From Tubiluchus corallicola (lineage: Eukaryota > Animalia > Priapulida), in the NCBI GenBank assembly GCA_030141605.1, contig JAQGDQ010000115.1, positions 62,001-126,000 of the forward strand: 64,000 nucleotides of DNA, read 5' to 3'. Every line of letters starts with the position of its first letter. The stretch's first letter is position 1. Positions 11,452 to 25,629 of the stretch are shown in pieces. The position numbers and the translations under genes were made by a program. The notes below the pieces were generated by a model. The model worked only from the letters and a program-made list of their open reading frames with translations, did no database searches and was not told where the DNA came from.

Positions 11452-14199
11452 GATTATCAGCCATGGCAATGAGGTTGATACAACAACATTATTTAGGCGT
11501 GGGTGTTAACGCTAAAAGCAGGTGGTGTAAAAACGTGCCAGAGTTTTGATCACGATATTATAGGAGGGAAACAAGTAAATCATTTGGAAATTATCACGTT
11601 GATGTCACAGATGTTTGTGTGTAAACGTTACAAATTTTAGGTTATTCTGTTAGATGGTTGCTAAGATACACACGTTTTAATACAAAAAGCAAAAAATAAA
11701 TGCTGGTATTTTGTGTCTCTGTTGTTAAAGTTTAGAGCAAGCGTCTCTATATCTCCACCATTTATCATTTTCAATGTAGACTACACGAAGGTGTTTCTTT
11801 CAACAACTAGCACAATTTCTGACTTCTTTAATGGATTTTTTGTCCTAGTGCTAAACTTTTTTTGCCTATAATTCCTTTGAAATTACTTCAAATGGTTCTG
11901 TGCGGCCATTGTTCGAGTTCTCTTCTACGTAATACGATATATGAATCCAATATATTGAATTCAATATACGTAACCCAGAAGATGAAGCCCCGTCTTTTCT
12001 TGAGAAGAAATCTTTAGATGACTTTAGTGCTTTATCTTCTGTGGTGAAAATCATGATATGAAAAAGTTGATTTTTTCATTAGTTTGTTGCCACGTATTAA
12101 GTGATTTAAATACGTCGGTCTGTTGCCACGTATTAAGTGATTTAAATACGTCGGTGATGGTATTTTCCACTGAAAGTTAGCTGACAATGTTCCGGTATTT
12201 AAATGTTAATGGACAGAAGAAAATCATTTTAATTACTCTAAATTTAAATTTATGTTGTATTGTTATCATACGTTTTTGAGTTTTGGATAGTGCTGCCACC
12301 TTCAGGTGTTCTTGTTAAAATTGTTAAATCTTTCTCTTTACTGTTTAAATTTTCATTGGCTTCTACAGTCTTTATGAATGCATAATCTCTAAACCTGTTT
12401 TCACACCTAAATGATTTCACCTGTAGTTTTTGGTCACTTGGTTTTCTGCTTTTCAACACGGCACAACTTCACTGTTTATGTAGACACTTCAGAATAAAAT
12501 CTTTGTAGACACTGAAGAAATATAAAATTTTTTTTGTTTCTTCAAACCAATTAACATGCAGAAATTTGTCGGCCATAATGTAAAAATACTAAAAATATCA
12601 CAGTAATGCGCTGCAGTGTCAGGTTGTGAAATGTCAACTTTGTGCAACGCTGTCTCCTAAAATCATTGTGCTCTATTCTTCGGCACATTTTTTTGCGCCA
12701 CCCGATATAAAAGTTCATTTATTTATCTGCAAAATATCTGAAAAATCGGTTGTTCAACACTTTTAATTATGGATATAGCAGTCTGTGAATTTTCATATGC
12801 CAAAATATACAAATATAATGGGCTATTTTTGTTTTGTCATAACATTGTTGCAGATCTAACAATGTATAGAATCGAATGTAGTTTAAATTCATTTGCAAGA
12901 ATCGCATGTATAGCTTCTTTACTTTGCCAGCTGCTATAGTTTTGCATAGAACTTCTGTGCAGGTGTACTGACACTTAATTAAACATATGCAAATGGTAAC
13001 GTGTCTTTTTTGTTCATCATTGCATGTTTTGAGCGAATTGTTTCCACTGAGAAATACGATATAAAATAGCTTAGCATAAATGAAGTACTGAAAACCTGTC
13101 AAGTTATTAAATTCTCATTTATTCTTAATAGGCTGCATGCTGACAGTGCTTGCAAAAACACAACCACCAGAAAACCAGACAAGAAGCCATATTTATTTTT
13201 AGTCCCGATCATTATTAGTTAGCATAAATGACTCGCAGAGTGATACTAGATAACGCAAAAAGATGCACATAATTATTACTATAAGATACCTAGGTGAGTT
13301 ACTTGGTTATAGATAGTAGATAATTGTACACAGTGGGCGCATCAAGTCTTTACGAAGCTCTGGTAGTTCTGTCACGCCAAGCCCCATTTATGAATTTATG
13401 GTAGTTTATGCAATGAGCTGGTTAAACAATTGCTTGTGGTGTATTAGAAACACTGTTAACCTAGTTTTCTATGTGGCTATTAACAATTACATGTATTTGT
13501 GTGGCGCTTATATTCAAACACGATGTGCAACTGTTTGTTGTGTAATATCTTGCACCTGTTCGTTATGTGGCACTTATATAAAGGCCGTGGCCTGTAACTG
13601 CCTGTGGCGTGTTATAAAACGCGCCCTTTACATGAATGTGAAAGCACACGCATTTTCCTAGGAGAATAAGATTTTTTTCTAAAATGTGACGCCCTTCAAC
13701 CTTGGCGCCCTAGGCTATAGCCTAGTTAGCTTATTGGTTAATACGCCCCTGATCATTATTACCATAATACCATAAATGTTACCATAAATGACTTGAGTGA
13801 TACTAGATGAGACAAAGAGATCATATGTCGGATGCACATAATTATTACCCAGGAGAGTTACTTGGTTATAAATAACAGATGCTTACATAAGTTATTTGAA
13901 CAGCTAGATAAATAGATAGATATTTTATTTCTGAAAATCAAATTTCTAACACGAAAATTACAATCTCGACGTATACTTGATGGTTTTATCAGCGGGCAGA
14001 GCTCAGGTAATGATTTCCAGATCATACTAATAATTTGACTCAACATAGCTGCACAAGGTATATACACAGATATACAAATTTAGTTGTAAACTCTATGAAG
14101 CGAAAAAACTATTTACTAAGCATTTGTACACGTGTGATAAACAACTATTTTACCTATATGATAATCACAGTGATGCGGTTATATGTCCGCTAACAAAGC

Positions 14200-14680
14200 T
14201 ACACTATTTAATTCAAAAATCTATACATACAGTCGTAAATGAAATTTCCAATTGACATCAATTCTCCGCCAAATAAGTTTGCAATATTACTATAATTTAA
14301 CGCGTACAGTGATCTATAAAGTGCATTTTCATGGCACTTGCACAAAAAAATGCGCTTCTGTCTGAATTTCTCCACAAAGACACAACCTGCGCTCACGAGG
14401 TACATTTGCCCAACGACCTGTTTCTATAGCTAGATTGTGTGATGAGACCCTTATTCTTGTGATGATTATACGTTTGTGCTCAGGTAACTCTGTGTTCCCA
14501 TACATTGGATGCACAGACAAATTGGGATTTATTTCCAAATAAGTCTTGCATTTTGTACGATCAGAAACTCGGACATGAGTCTTTCGTCTCTCTACAACTG
14601 TCTGTACATGATCCGTTGTAGGCATAACACTGTCTAAATATTTGTATCCCTTTGTTCGTGTATCTTTACATAAAAAATGC
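14200..14680 (-). mobile_element. Non-LTR retrotransposon C-terminal zinc-knuckle fragment (RTEX/CR1-group-like)
   Basis: RIRVSSHNLAIETGRW...RERRLCLCGEIQTEAH motif; frameshifted. Confidence 0.8.
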
Positions 14681-15083
14681 TAAAATTGCACACATCAGGA
14701 GGTTATTAACTTGGGCTGCGAAATCGCAACAAATACACGCGATTTTTTATTTTCATTAATTAATACTAGCGCTGGGACAGCGTCACTATCAGCTAAACAG
14801 ATTATGGAATCTATGGATATAATACTGTCGACTCCCGACAGAATGTGCTAGACTAAGTTTCAGAGAGTTTCGGAGCCATTCTTGCTTCCTGGGTTTGGTG
14901 TGAGCTGTGAGTTCATCGTTTCCGATGCTACGCCAGTCGAACTAGCTGGATAAACTTTGCTTCCAACTCCTGTGATACCTTTGCCTGTACTTTGTGACGT
15001 ATTTGATGTGCCAGAATGAAGAGTGCCGATCTTGATCATGTATAACTATAAAAGAATTACAGTTAATGTGTACACTAAGTTCA

Positions 15084-15084
<1 letters not shown>

Positions 15085-15178
<94 letters not shown>

Positions 15179-15217
15179 ACCTCCCTGTCTCCCTCTCCCT
15201 CTCCCTTTTTCTTTTTC

Positions 15218-15256
<39 letters not shown>

Positions 15257-15462
15257 TCTCCCTCTCGCTCTCTCTTTCTCCCTACGTCCTGCCTCCCACT
15301 CTCTCCCTCTCCTCCTTTTCTCTCTCACACTCTCTCTGTTTGTCTCCTCTCTCTCACTCCCTCTCTCTCTCTCGCTCTTCCTGCCTCCCTCTCCCTCCCT
15401 CTCTCCATTTTTCTCTCACTCTCTCTCTCTGTTTGTCTCCTCTATCTCTTACTCTCTCTCCC

Positions 15463-15514
<52 letters not shown>

Positions 15515-15520
15515 CTCTCT
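15085..15520. repeat. (CT)n microsatellite and polypyrimidine tract
   Basis: Direct reading. Confidence 0.97.
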
Positions 15521-17524
15521 CCGTTTCTCATGTATCTATATAAAGGGTTAACAGAAAAAATGTACCGAAGTTCAGACTACAATAATATTAGAAGCAAGTG
15601 CCCTAGAAAGTTGAAATTTCACCTACATTACATGCATTACCGCTTGGCTGTAAAAATTACACGTTTATAGCTTTACTGGTTTCCGATCTTTACTGGTCTG
15701 AAAAACTTTTGGATGTTGAACATTTAAATGTCTCAACAACGTCAGCTAGTCAACAATTGAAAAACAGTGACGTTGACGAATGAAGCACGTTGGCGGATAA
15801 TACATGGCAGCAATACATGGCATCAAAACCAAAAGAGATTAATCAGTTTACATGATAAAAGAGTTAAATCGGCTTCCACTACAAAAGCACTGAGTTAAGA
15901 TTTGTTATTAATAAAAAAGAGAAACATACGAAATATCTTCCTACGTTTATTTTCTGTCTTGCTGATTTAAAACATCTGCATCTTTGGAAAAATGGAAGAA
16001 AATGATCTAAATTTTTTTGCTGTTTAAGCATAAGTGATTGCAACAATGGTGTGATAGTTGTTAAGCGATTTCGTATTTTTCGGCACGTTTTTTTTTGCGT
16101 CACCCGATATGACAGTCCATGCTGAAATCAATTCTCGTGAAAACTTATAGAGACATAATTTTGTAGCAAATCTAGACAAGAGGTGTTTAGGTTAGCTGAT
16201 CATCTGTTACGGGTAACGTTTTTCATTTGGTTAAAATAGAGGTAGTTTTGTTTGTGTTTCATTCTAGTTGGCACACAGCCAGCTGGAGTCCAGCATTTAC
16301 AAAAGGCCTCCTCAATGCGATGTTTGTGGCAAGACCGGAAATTGGATCATTATTAAAGATACCTCTCTATAATGAGCCATTGTCGTGGACATGTAATCAC
16401 ACTATGATGTATGTAGACTTCCCCAGAAATAAACAGTTACAGTCGGTGCAGTGAATGAAATCAGTCAGAGCGAATATGAAACCCAAGCAGTCACAAGTCA
16501 TTTACACGAAATGTGTACGCGAGACCACTTGGCTATACACCACGCCCCAAAGCTTTCCTGAGAATTCCGTTGCATTTGTCTAATATCAGAAATAACTGAT
16601 CTGATTTCTATGAGTTTAAAGATTATTATGAGGGAACGTAATTAAAAAGAAATAAATTATATGTCGGAGATTCCATAATTGGAAATAACATAAAAAATGG
16701 AATTATGTTATAGTGATTAGTGATATGCATCTTTTAGGCAATTTAAAGCACAAGAAAACACTCTATAAATAAAAGTTAAAAAATTGTCTTAAAATTTTAT
16801 ATCAGTTACATGATGTCTTATTTCATACAACGGTAACGGTTAGCAGTAACGCAATGCATGACCGTTTTACCAGGTGGCACAAAGATTTAAATTATTTAGA
16901 ATTTAAATTGTATGTCTTTCTAGCAGGTAAGCGTAATGCTAAGTAATGTAACTTGCATAAAAAGTTGTTTTGAATATACTTTAGAATTTCCCCTTCTTCC
17001 CTTTTAGCATTACGTATTGTATAAAACGTGTTGTATATGGTGCATAATTCATATTCAGCTACATTTTATAAGGAGTTTTTTAATGAGAGATATTCAATTT
17101 TAGGTTTTTGTTTTTATAAATTTTATTTGTGTGCTTCATTTTATGTTTTATAGGATCAGCGTAAGTGCGCATGCGCCTGCTGATTCTTTTATACAATTTT
17201 AATAGATGTATAAATGTCAATAATAAATAATAAATATATAAATAACATTCTCCAAATTTTCTTGGCATATCAATGTGTACAGCAGGCAGGGGTACACGAT
17301 CTTTACTTGGCTAATAGTGGGAAAGTTTGTAGATAACTAGTACACAGCCGAGACCTTGATTACAGTCAACATTAAGTCGGGCATACGTTGATGGTGCTTC
17401 CTGAGTACAATGCATCATCGTGTGTATGGTTATAATATAAGGCTGTGATTATTGGAAGTTAACAATGATATGCGTTTTATGCCTATTACTTATAAAGCCA
17501 GTTTTCATAGCTTTTGTTATGGGC

Positions 17525-17898
17525 TGTTGACCCAAGAATATGCTGAAGACAGGTCCATATTTGTGTCTCATCTGTTCCAGAGCTTTTCCTGGGTTGTCAA
17601 TCAGATGGAGCAAATGTCCAAGAATAGGCAGTCCTAATGAACCAGGAGGACTATCCCGTGGTTTTTTCCTTAAATAGCTAACTAGACTGAAGATGACGAG
17701 TGCCACGAAGAGTACACCCGTTAGGTTCAGATCTGCTATTAAATCTGGTATTGCTACCCCCTAAAAACATCAAAGATGTCAGACATCATACTCCACTGTG
17801 CATCTCTGTCTGTGGCTCTATGAAGATATTTATTTCACGAATTTGCTCAAATTTTATTTATCATTTATCATTAATGCAAAATTGGTACACTAATGAAG
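17525..17898 (-). pseudogene. Truncated DNA-level copy of P450 exon 2 with its upstream intron
   Basis: Matches 24760-25133 with about 6 substitutions seen by eye; breaks off after FLGQQ; no further P450 exons seen downstream. Confidence 0.9.
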
Positions 17899-18302
17899 TT
17901 TTCAGAGCTTTTGTTATGGTTGCATTGTTGAAAGATTTGGGTATTTCTTGTAACATATCTAACATTTGTATTTGTGAGGACCTGGATTGAGGCACTCAGA
18001 CGTCGACGCGTATGGTGGCCTGGCCTCTTTTTTTAAAGTTAAAATTTCATTTTAAGTTATATCAATTATTCAGCAATGTAAAGTATGACCCTCCCAATCT
18101 TGAGGGGCCGTAGAGTGCAGCCTATACTAGCCTATTGGGCAATCCAGCCCTGGTGGTATCTATGATGAATTTATTTCAAGTTATACGAATACATTTTGAG
18201 CATCATTGGATGTGCTTAATCTAATGCACCTCTTCTGTAATATTGTAAAATGTGTCATAATTATTGAAACTTTTGTGTTTGTTAGCTGCAGCACAGGTAT
18301 AC

Positions 18303-18975
18303 TATAGGTTTTACACGTCAAATGTCGACACAGGAAAGTTCAAATGTGACTTAGGTAAGTCAAATGTAGACATAGGAATTTCGAATGTATAGCAATTTCG
18401 AATGTGTTTTGATAACTTAAATGTGACTTAGGTAAGTCAAATGTAGATGCGGTACTTTGAATAATATCGGTAATTAATTCATTCAAGTGCAAATTACAAA
18501 AAGATAAACCAAAGATAGTCGTCAACTCTTTCATAACTTTGAAAAATGCGTTGTTTATCCTCAAACTAAATTCTTTGATAAACCATAACGTCGGTAGAAA
18601 AGAATAAATTGGTTGCCACTTCCCAATGAAAAGTGAATCACTAATTAGTTTTTTAAGTAATGCATTAGCACTGCATTAATGAATTAGTTTCTCTCAAGAA
18701 ACATTGTTTATTTTAAGAATGTATTGTTTTCTCTAACAGTTCCAGTGGTTTGTAAGGTTTACAGAATATTTAACATCCTTAAGCTTTACCATCTATCCAC
18801 ATTTGAGATACCGATGTCACATTTGACTTACCAAAAACGCTTAAGATTTCTTGAAAAACCATTGTTAACACATTTGAACTACCTAAGTCCACATATGAGT
18901 TACCAAGACACATTTGAATTACCTAAATCTACATTTGACTTAACATACGTCTACATTTGACATGCAAAACCTATA
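18303..18975. mobile_element. Foldback-like MITE, family C
   Basis: tataggttttacacgtcaaatgt ... acatttgacatgcaaaacctata; arms built from tcaaatgt subrepeats; second copy 58560-58999, fragment 49610-49646. Confidence 0.85.
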
Positions 18976-19542
18976 ACTATGATCAACGAACTTTGCAATA
19001 AAAGAAGCAAAATAATCAAATACATAATATAGTGCTGCAATTCAGAAAGAAAACTTACACAGTAACTAATACCAATCAAAATACCATACAAGCCTTGCAT
19101 GAACAATTTATTTGTGTTACACGTAAACAATGAAATGCGAATTAACTCATTTATGCGCGTTACAAAACAAAGCATTTTTCATGCTTTAAAAAGTTTGTTT
19201 CCTAGCATTTGACACGAGAAATCCATTAATCCAAACATCCGTTTCTTACTTGTAAGAGCTTTTTTCTTATTCCTAATTATTTTATGCAAGGTCACTGTCA
19301 CAAACAGGGAGTTAACTGTACCAGGAAGATTTGTTGCAAATTTGAGTGTCAATGCTACTGCACGTTTTATATAGGTACTGCAACTCGAAGAACTTGTGGT
19401 GTGTTGCTGTCATCTCAGCATACATGTAATCATTTTTTTTGGTTATCAGTAATTACATTAATATATCTCATATCTAGTGATACGCAGTAAAGACGAATTT
19501 GGCTGAGTGCCAATTTGTACGATTTTGAACACTCCTTGCAGT

Positions 19543-19721
19543 CTATCTAGGTAGGAATCGTAGTTGGTCATTGCCTGGTTGGTATGTGGCTCCTTGAAAT
19601 CCCTTCATGTTCGGTTCCGTGATGCCATCTGGTAGTGCGATATCGAAATTTTGCAGAATGGAGGTAAAGAATAAAAAGAGTTCCATTTTTGCTAGCGCTT
19701 CGCCCAGGCATACTCGTCGTC
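19543..19721 (-). CDS. Cytochrome P450 (CYP2-like), exon 7: heme-binding Cys and stop
   Basis: Splices to [29 protein letters not shown]...FLPR*; exons sum to 1518 nt, i.e. 505 aa plus stop. Confidence 0.96.
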
Positions 19722-20944
19722 CTGAAATTGTAAATGTTTATAATTGTTCCGAAGATGTTGTCAAACTTTATTACTACATATAAACACTAAATTACTGATA
19801 TGTAGGACACTTATTACAAGTAGAATTTATTAATATAGCTTTTCCGTCATACCCAATAAATTTAAACCAAATCTGCCTAATTTTTAAAATCTGGTATTTT
19901 ATTCATTTCTTGACATGAATATGAATACTGAATATACCAACTGGAATATGTTAAACTGATCAGGTCTTAGTGGTGCAACAAACCAATAATTATTAATTAA
20001 ATTTTGATACCAAACTCGACGGATATGGAAGGTTAACAGTAATAGATATGGGCTTTGGACTGTCATAATCACATAGAAACACCCTGGCTTAGTGGTTATG
20101 CTGTTGATATTGTAAGCTGAAGGTCCCTGGTGCAAAATAAAAGCTGTGTTCCAACTTTTCGCATGTCAAGTCTTTAAAATTTGCTGTTAAAATTTATTTA
20201 ATTGTGAAAATTAATGATAATCGCGAAGATTAATGATAATCTTCACACATTATATGCAAATACTTGATCTGACCTGATCAATGCAACAAATGACAAACAA
20301 CAACACATGAAATTTAAATATTATTCAAAGAAGAACGATGCTTCAATTGCTTAAAGACTTTAGAAAGACAACCGGCCCATTCCGTGATTTTGACCTGGGA
20401 TTGTCGACTATGAATATAGTTTTTTTTACCTGGGGAGGTGCCCTGTGAGTTTGAGTCATCAGCCCTCTGCATCGAAAAGATCACCAAAGTGGATACCCCG
20501 ATTTTGTAACTTCACCTCATCATGGACGTTTAAAGCTTTTTAAAACCCTAAGTTCAAATTTGTCCAACGACACCTCATTCTTGTGAAAAAAATTGAAGAA
20601 ACTGAAAGGAATTGCGACCTAATTGAAAAATCGACTGACGTCTTACAACCTTTACCACTTGACCAGAGCTCAGAGATGACCATATACTGCTGCTGCCCTT
20701 CCCTTGCCCAAGGTTACCAACCCTGTGAGTTTAATAACTTATTAATATGAAATAATAATAATAATATCACAATGAATTTCAGAAATATTTTATTCTTGCA
20801 AAATCTTAATCAGCCACTCTGAAAGTAATAATGAAAGCACACCATGAGCCTGCCACTAGACGCGTAACACATTTCTGGCAGGTATACGTTTGTTTTAACG
20901 TAAGTCCGAATCTTTCACCTGGTCACACTGGGAAATACACATAC

Positions 20945-21160
20945 CTACAGAAAAAGCAGCAACGACTTCGTGACCTCCCAATTTTCCTTCTGACGTGATA
21001 AATCTGCTTGGATTAAATTGCCCAGGATTCGTGAAATAAGTAGGATCGTTCAAGATTGCTGTCATGTTAAGTATGATTACAGTGTTGGAAGGTATTTCAA
21101 AACCTCTAAAGTTCATCCTCTCTAAGCTGCGATGAGGCACACCCAATGGTAGAATGTTAG
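20945..21160 (-). CDS. Cytochrome P450 (CYP2-like), exon 6: PERF-like region
   Basis: NILPLGVPHR...FNPSRF...AFSVG|gtatg. Confidence 0.95.
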
Positions 21161-21279
21161 CTGTAATATAGCAAAAAATGATTGACAACTCTAGTTGTCA
21201 TTGTTGACTTACTATTAAGTTAGTGATGCAGTTGCTGGTACTGGACTGGCCTATTATTTCCATTTTTCTTGTTGCTGTT

Positions 21280-21325
21280 ATTGTCATCATCACCATCATC
21301 ATCGTTGTCGTCGTCGTCATCGTCG

Positions 21326-21371
<46 letters not shown>

Positions 21372-21438
21372 TATCATCATCATCATCATCATTATCATTG
21401 TCATTATCATCAATATCATTATCACTATCATTATTATC
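21280..21438. repeat. (CAT)n microsatellite in P450 intron
   Basis: Direct reading. Confidence 0.95.
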
Positions 21439-21646
21439 AGGTTTTGTAAGGTATCAATGAGTCAGTGAGTCGTTTTTACGAAACACTTGCCATTGATGGG
21501 CTGTTATTGCTGCTGTAGCTGTTGCTATCATCATTGTTAAATGTTATTTTCTTTTAAGGAAAATCCAAGGCTTACTACATCTTGCTACTGCATCTCCTAA
21601 ACTGTAGCTTCAGTGTTTTTGTTATTGTTGTTGTTGTTTTTCTTTA

Positions 21647-21970
<324 letters not shown>

Positions 21971-22258
21971 TTAAAATTTAAACTTTATGAACTGAAACAA
22001 CATTAATTACAAAAAAAGGGGCGTGCGAAATGATAATATTACTGGTAATTTCAATTTCAGTCTAAGAAAGTATACTTTTAATCTAGATCTGTATTGGAAA
22101 TTAGAGAAATTCTGAATTAGTTATAATACATATACATATACCTATATACGTATACGTAATATATGTATGTGATATAATTTGTCTGAAGACAGTCAGTGTA
22201 GGATTAAAAAAACAAGCGAACCTGGTTGTAGAGACAACGCTTGAGATTGTATACTTAC

Positions 22259-22673
22259 AAGTACACTCGTCAGTTTTGGTTTGCTCTTGGATCGTACCCA
22301 AATAGGCGTCAATGAAATTTCGGATATTACTACAATCTAAAGTTTTATCGCATTCTTCAATCTTTTCGTCTAGAAACTCGTCCAATTCCCCACATGCTTT
22401 CATAAATTGTCGAACTTTGACGCCCTCTGATGGCAAGAACCTCACTGCGGGAAAGAACTGGACGACTCCTTGTGTAGGAACTTTAAATAACTCATTAAGA
22501 TTTCGAAGGAGACGTTGAAACTTCTTGTCCTCGTAGCTAAAGCGGTCACCAAACACTATGGAACAAATAACGTTAGAGACGCTTGTATTTATTAGATAGT
22601 GGATGTCAAATGGGACGCCATCTTTCGATTTAAATTCAGAGAGTAATACAGCTATTTCCTCCCTGATTTTGTT
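22259..22673 (-). CDS. Cytochrome P450 (CYP2-like), exon 4
   Basis: NKIREEI...SVSNVICSIVFGDRFSYED...RNFIDAYL; AG/GT boundaries in phase. Confidence 0.95.
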
Positions 22674-23140
22674 CTGGAAAAGAAAATGCACCTGCTTAGG
22701 TTTTGAACTTCTATAAAAATGGTTTCATCGTGGTATCTCTGTCATTATTTAATCGATAAGCGATGTTGTTCTGCAACAACACAGGTTTCACTAAATGAAA
22801 TTCTCATTAGATTCTGAATCGGCCAAGACTCAATCCAAAAATGTAGGGATTACGAAGTAAATCTTTTAAAAGTTTAAAAATTTCTTACGATTAGAGACGA
22901 ACTTTGCAATAGAAATATCATGTTTAACAACTACTTCTATTATTACATACAATGACGAGGTAGCCACACGTTAACGTAGCATCGTTTTGGAGCCACAAAT
23001 CATTAATTTATTTGAATAAATTTACTGAACAAATTTTTAGCTTTTTAGTCATTTTCTGCGCCTGGGCTTTCAAATAGTCTCTGAGATGTAGGATTTGCGT
23101 TGGCGGCCAGAGCTCCTTCCCAGACCCCCACCACCGGAGG

Positions 23141-23391
23141 CAGGGCCTATTTCAGCCTAGGCGAGGCCCAGGGAAATGGGGCGTGTGAGGCCCTATCGGG
23201 GGGGGGGGGTGTCGCTACCATGATTGGCGCCCAGAAAATTTTTGAACTGCTAGAACGCCTGAGAAGCATTTTCGAAGAGAAAATATGGAGTTATACAATT
23301 GTTAAAGGAAAGAACAATTGAAAGAAAAACTGCTTTATTCTCAAGACCTGTCCTTAATACTTGTCAATACTGGCAAACGGCGCGCGTGCGG

Positions 23392-23438
<47 letters not shown>

Positions 23439-23545
23439 GCAGTATGTTCGCATAAAGCAAAAAAATGTTACCTTGGCACGAGGCCCCCCTGGAGGGTGAG
23501 GCCCCGGGGAAGTATCCCCACTTCCCCCCCTTGAAATAGGCCCTG
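23141..23545 (+). mobile_element. hAT-type MITE, family A
   Basis: 14-bp TIR cagggcctatttca/tgaaataggccctg; perfect 8-bp TSD accggagg. Confidence 0.92.
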
Positions 23546-23792
23546 ACCGGAGGAGATAGAGAACTCCTTTAGACCATTATGGCTTACTTGTCTTTATAAA
23601 CTACTGGAACGAGGCTGTGTCTATACATATATTGAACAGTGAACAGTGCTCCCATTTCAAGTACTTAAATACACTGTGACCAAAAAACCGAATCAGTTAA
23701 ATACTTGACAGCACAATATAAAAACGAAGAAAATTATTTCAACAGGTAAAATTAGGCTAGAAAAATTTGAGGATGCGTTGCAAAAAATCTAC

Positions 23793-23887
23793 CTCCAAAC
23801 TGACTTTCCCCATACCAAATTCTCGAAGTTTACTCAATGCAAATTTCCGTTGTTCTTTCCACAACTTTCCTTCTGAAACTACCACAC
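23793..23887 (-). CDS. Cytochrome P450 (CYP2-like), exon 3: C-helix WxxxR
   Basis: catag|[32 protein letters not shown]|gtaga. Confidence 0.95.
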
Positions 23888-24079
23888 CTATGTAAAATGT
23901 AGAAATAACTTTAGCACCGCGGAAAATGTAGTACTACTAACTACATTGTACTACTGACTACTGACTACGTTAGTACATTACCTTTCTTTGAACTCTTAAA
24001 ACTGGACTAGGAGTTATTAACGAAGATTCCTGAATAATTAGGGCATTTAGACGATTTAGGGCATCACTCACCTTTCCCG

Positions 24080-24138
<59 letters not shown>

Positions 24139-24197
24139 TCTCTCTCTTCCTCTGTCCCTCTCTCCATCTCTTTCTGTCTCTCTCTTCCTCTGTCCCT

Positions 24198-24247
<50 letters not shown>

Positions 24248-24335
24248 TCCTCTGTCCCTCTCTCCATCTCTTTCTGTCTCTCTCTTCCTCTGTCCCTCTC
24301 TCCATCTCTTTCTCTCTCTCTCGCTATCTCTCTTT
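24080..24335. repeat. (CT)n with repeated ctctcttcctctgtccctctctccat unit
   Basis: Direct reading. Confidence 0.93.
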
Positions 24336-24622
24336 CCTTTGTCATGCCTCTCTTCCTTTTCTGGTTCTCTTACACAATCTGTTTCATTTTTCTCTCTTTT
24401 TTCTCTTACAGCTTTGCAAAAAACAAAAATCATCTTATGTTTGAAACTTGACATATTAATTCTCTACGACTTTTAACGTACACTATTCCTAATTTTTTTC
24501 GTGCCATGTTTAGTGTGCAATTTTTACCTTTACCATCTTTAGCAACAGTAGCAGCAACAACAAGAAAACGACACACTTAACCTGCAAAGATCCGTCTACT
24601 TAATAGTGAAACAGCTTCTTAC

Positions 24623-24995
24623 CTCGAGAAACTCCTGGAATGTCTGGCCCCGAAGAGATTTTCTTGAAAAGGTACCACTGTGGTCTGCCAGACAACACAT
24701 CTCCGTGTTTCAAGAATGCATCTTTTGCTGTTTCATAATCATTCACCACAACAGCTAGTTGTTGACCCAAGAATATGCTGAAGACAGGTCCATATTTGTC
24801 TCTCATCTGTTCCAGAGCTTTTCCAGGGTTGTCAATCAGATGGAGCAAATGTCCAAGAATAGGCAGTCCTAATGAACCAGGAGGACTATCCCGTGGTTTT
24901 TTCCTTAAATAGCTAACTAGACTGAAGATGACGAGTGCCACTAAGAGTACACCCGTTAGGTTCAGATCTGCTATTAAATCTGGTATTGCTACCCC
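24623..24995 (-). CDS. Cytochrome P450 (CYP2-like), exon 2: membrane anchor and PPG hinge
   Basis: tttag|GVAIPDLIADLNLTGVLLVALVIFSLVSYLRKKPRDSPPGSLGLPILGHL...KYGPVFSIFLG...SGRP...|gtaag. Confidence 0.93.
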
Positions 24996-25629
24996 CTAAA
25001 AACATCAAAGATATCAGACATCATACTCCACTGTGCATCTCTGTCTGTGGCTCTATGAAGATATTTATTTCACGAATTTGCTCAAATTTTATTTATCATT
25101 TATCAATAATGCAAAATTGTTACACTAATGAAGGTTTAAGCTATACCAGGACTTGCTGCAAAGTATGAATCTAAAATAAGTGCAAATAATATGTAAGCTC
25201 AAACTAAAAATCCTATTGCACTCCAAAAACATTTTCTAGTCCGAAATTGTCACAATCTCATTAAAGGGATTGTGTTCAAAAACGCAGTAACCCTGTAGTT
25301 CACACACATACTTATTTACACCTGTTTACGTTAAAAACGATTGCATTGTACAATAAAATTTTCTCGTGTAGTAGTTAATATTGCTCAACGACTATGATAT
25401 ATTGTTGTTTTAACTAGTGATATTCTAGGTAGACAAAATATCGGGCTAGAAGCCTGAAATTATTTGGTCAGTCCTACCTAAAACTACCTAAATTACATTA
25501 CAGCTAATTAAAGATGGTAAAATATGTTCTATAATAATGTTAGAGATTCAATGAAGCGATTAAATTTTTAAGTAAGAGAACAATGATCATTCACCAATGC
25601 TGAACTACTGTTTGCATTAACCCTTTTAC

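Noticed and set aside
11700-12600. Decayed coding-like sequence on the minus strand
   Set aside because: Broken frames with no motif I recognise; possibly a transposon remnant but not supportable
14942-15670. ER/SL-repeat ORFs (also near 24000, 30200, 33800, 60100)
   Set aside because: Translations of (GA)n/(CT)n tracts
17449-17706. Second complete P450 gene
   Set aside because: Only part of one exon is present; no downstream exons or heme motif
20085-20140. tRNA gene
   Set aside because: A-box-like tggcttagtgg but a degenerate B box and no acceptor stem; at most a tRNA-SINE head remnant
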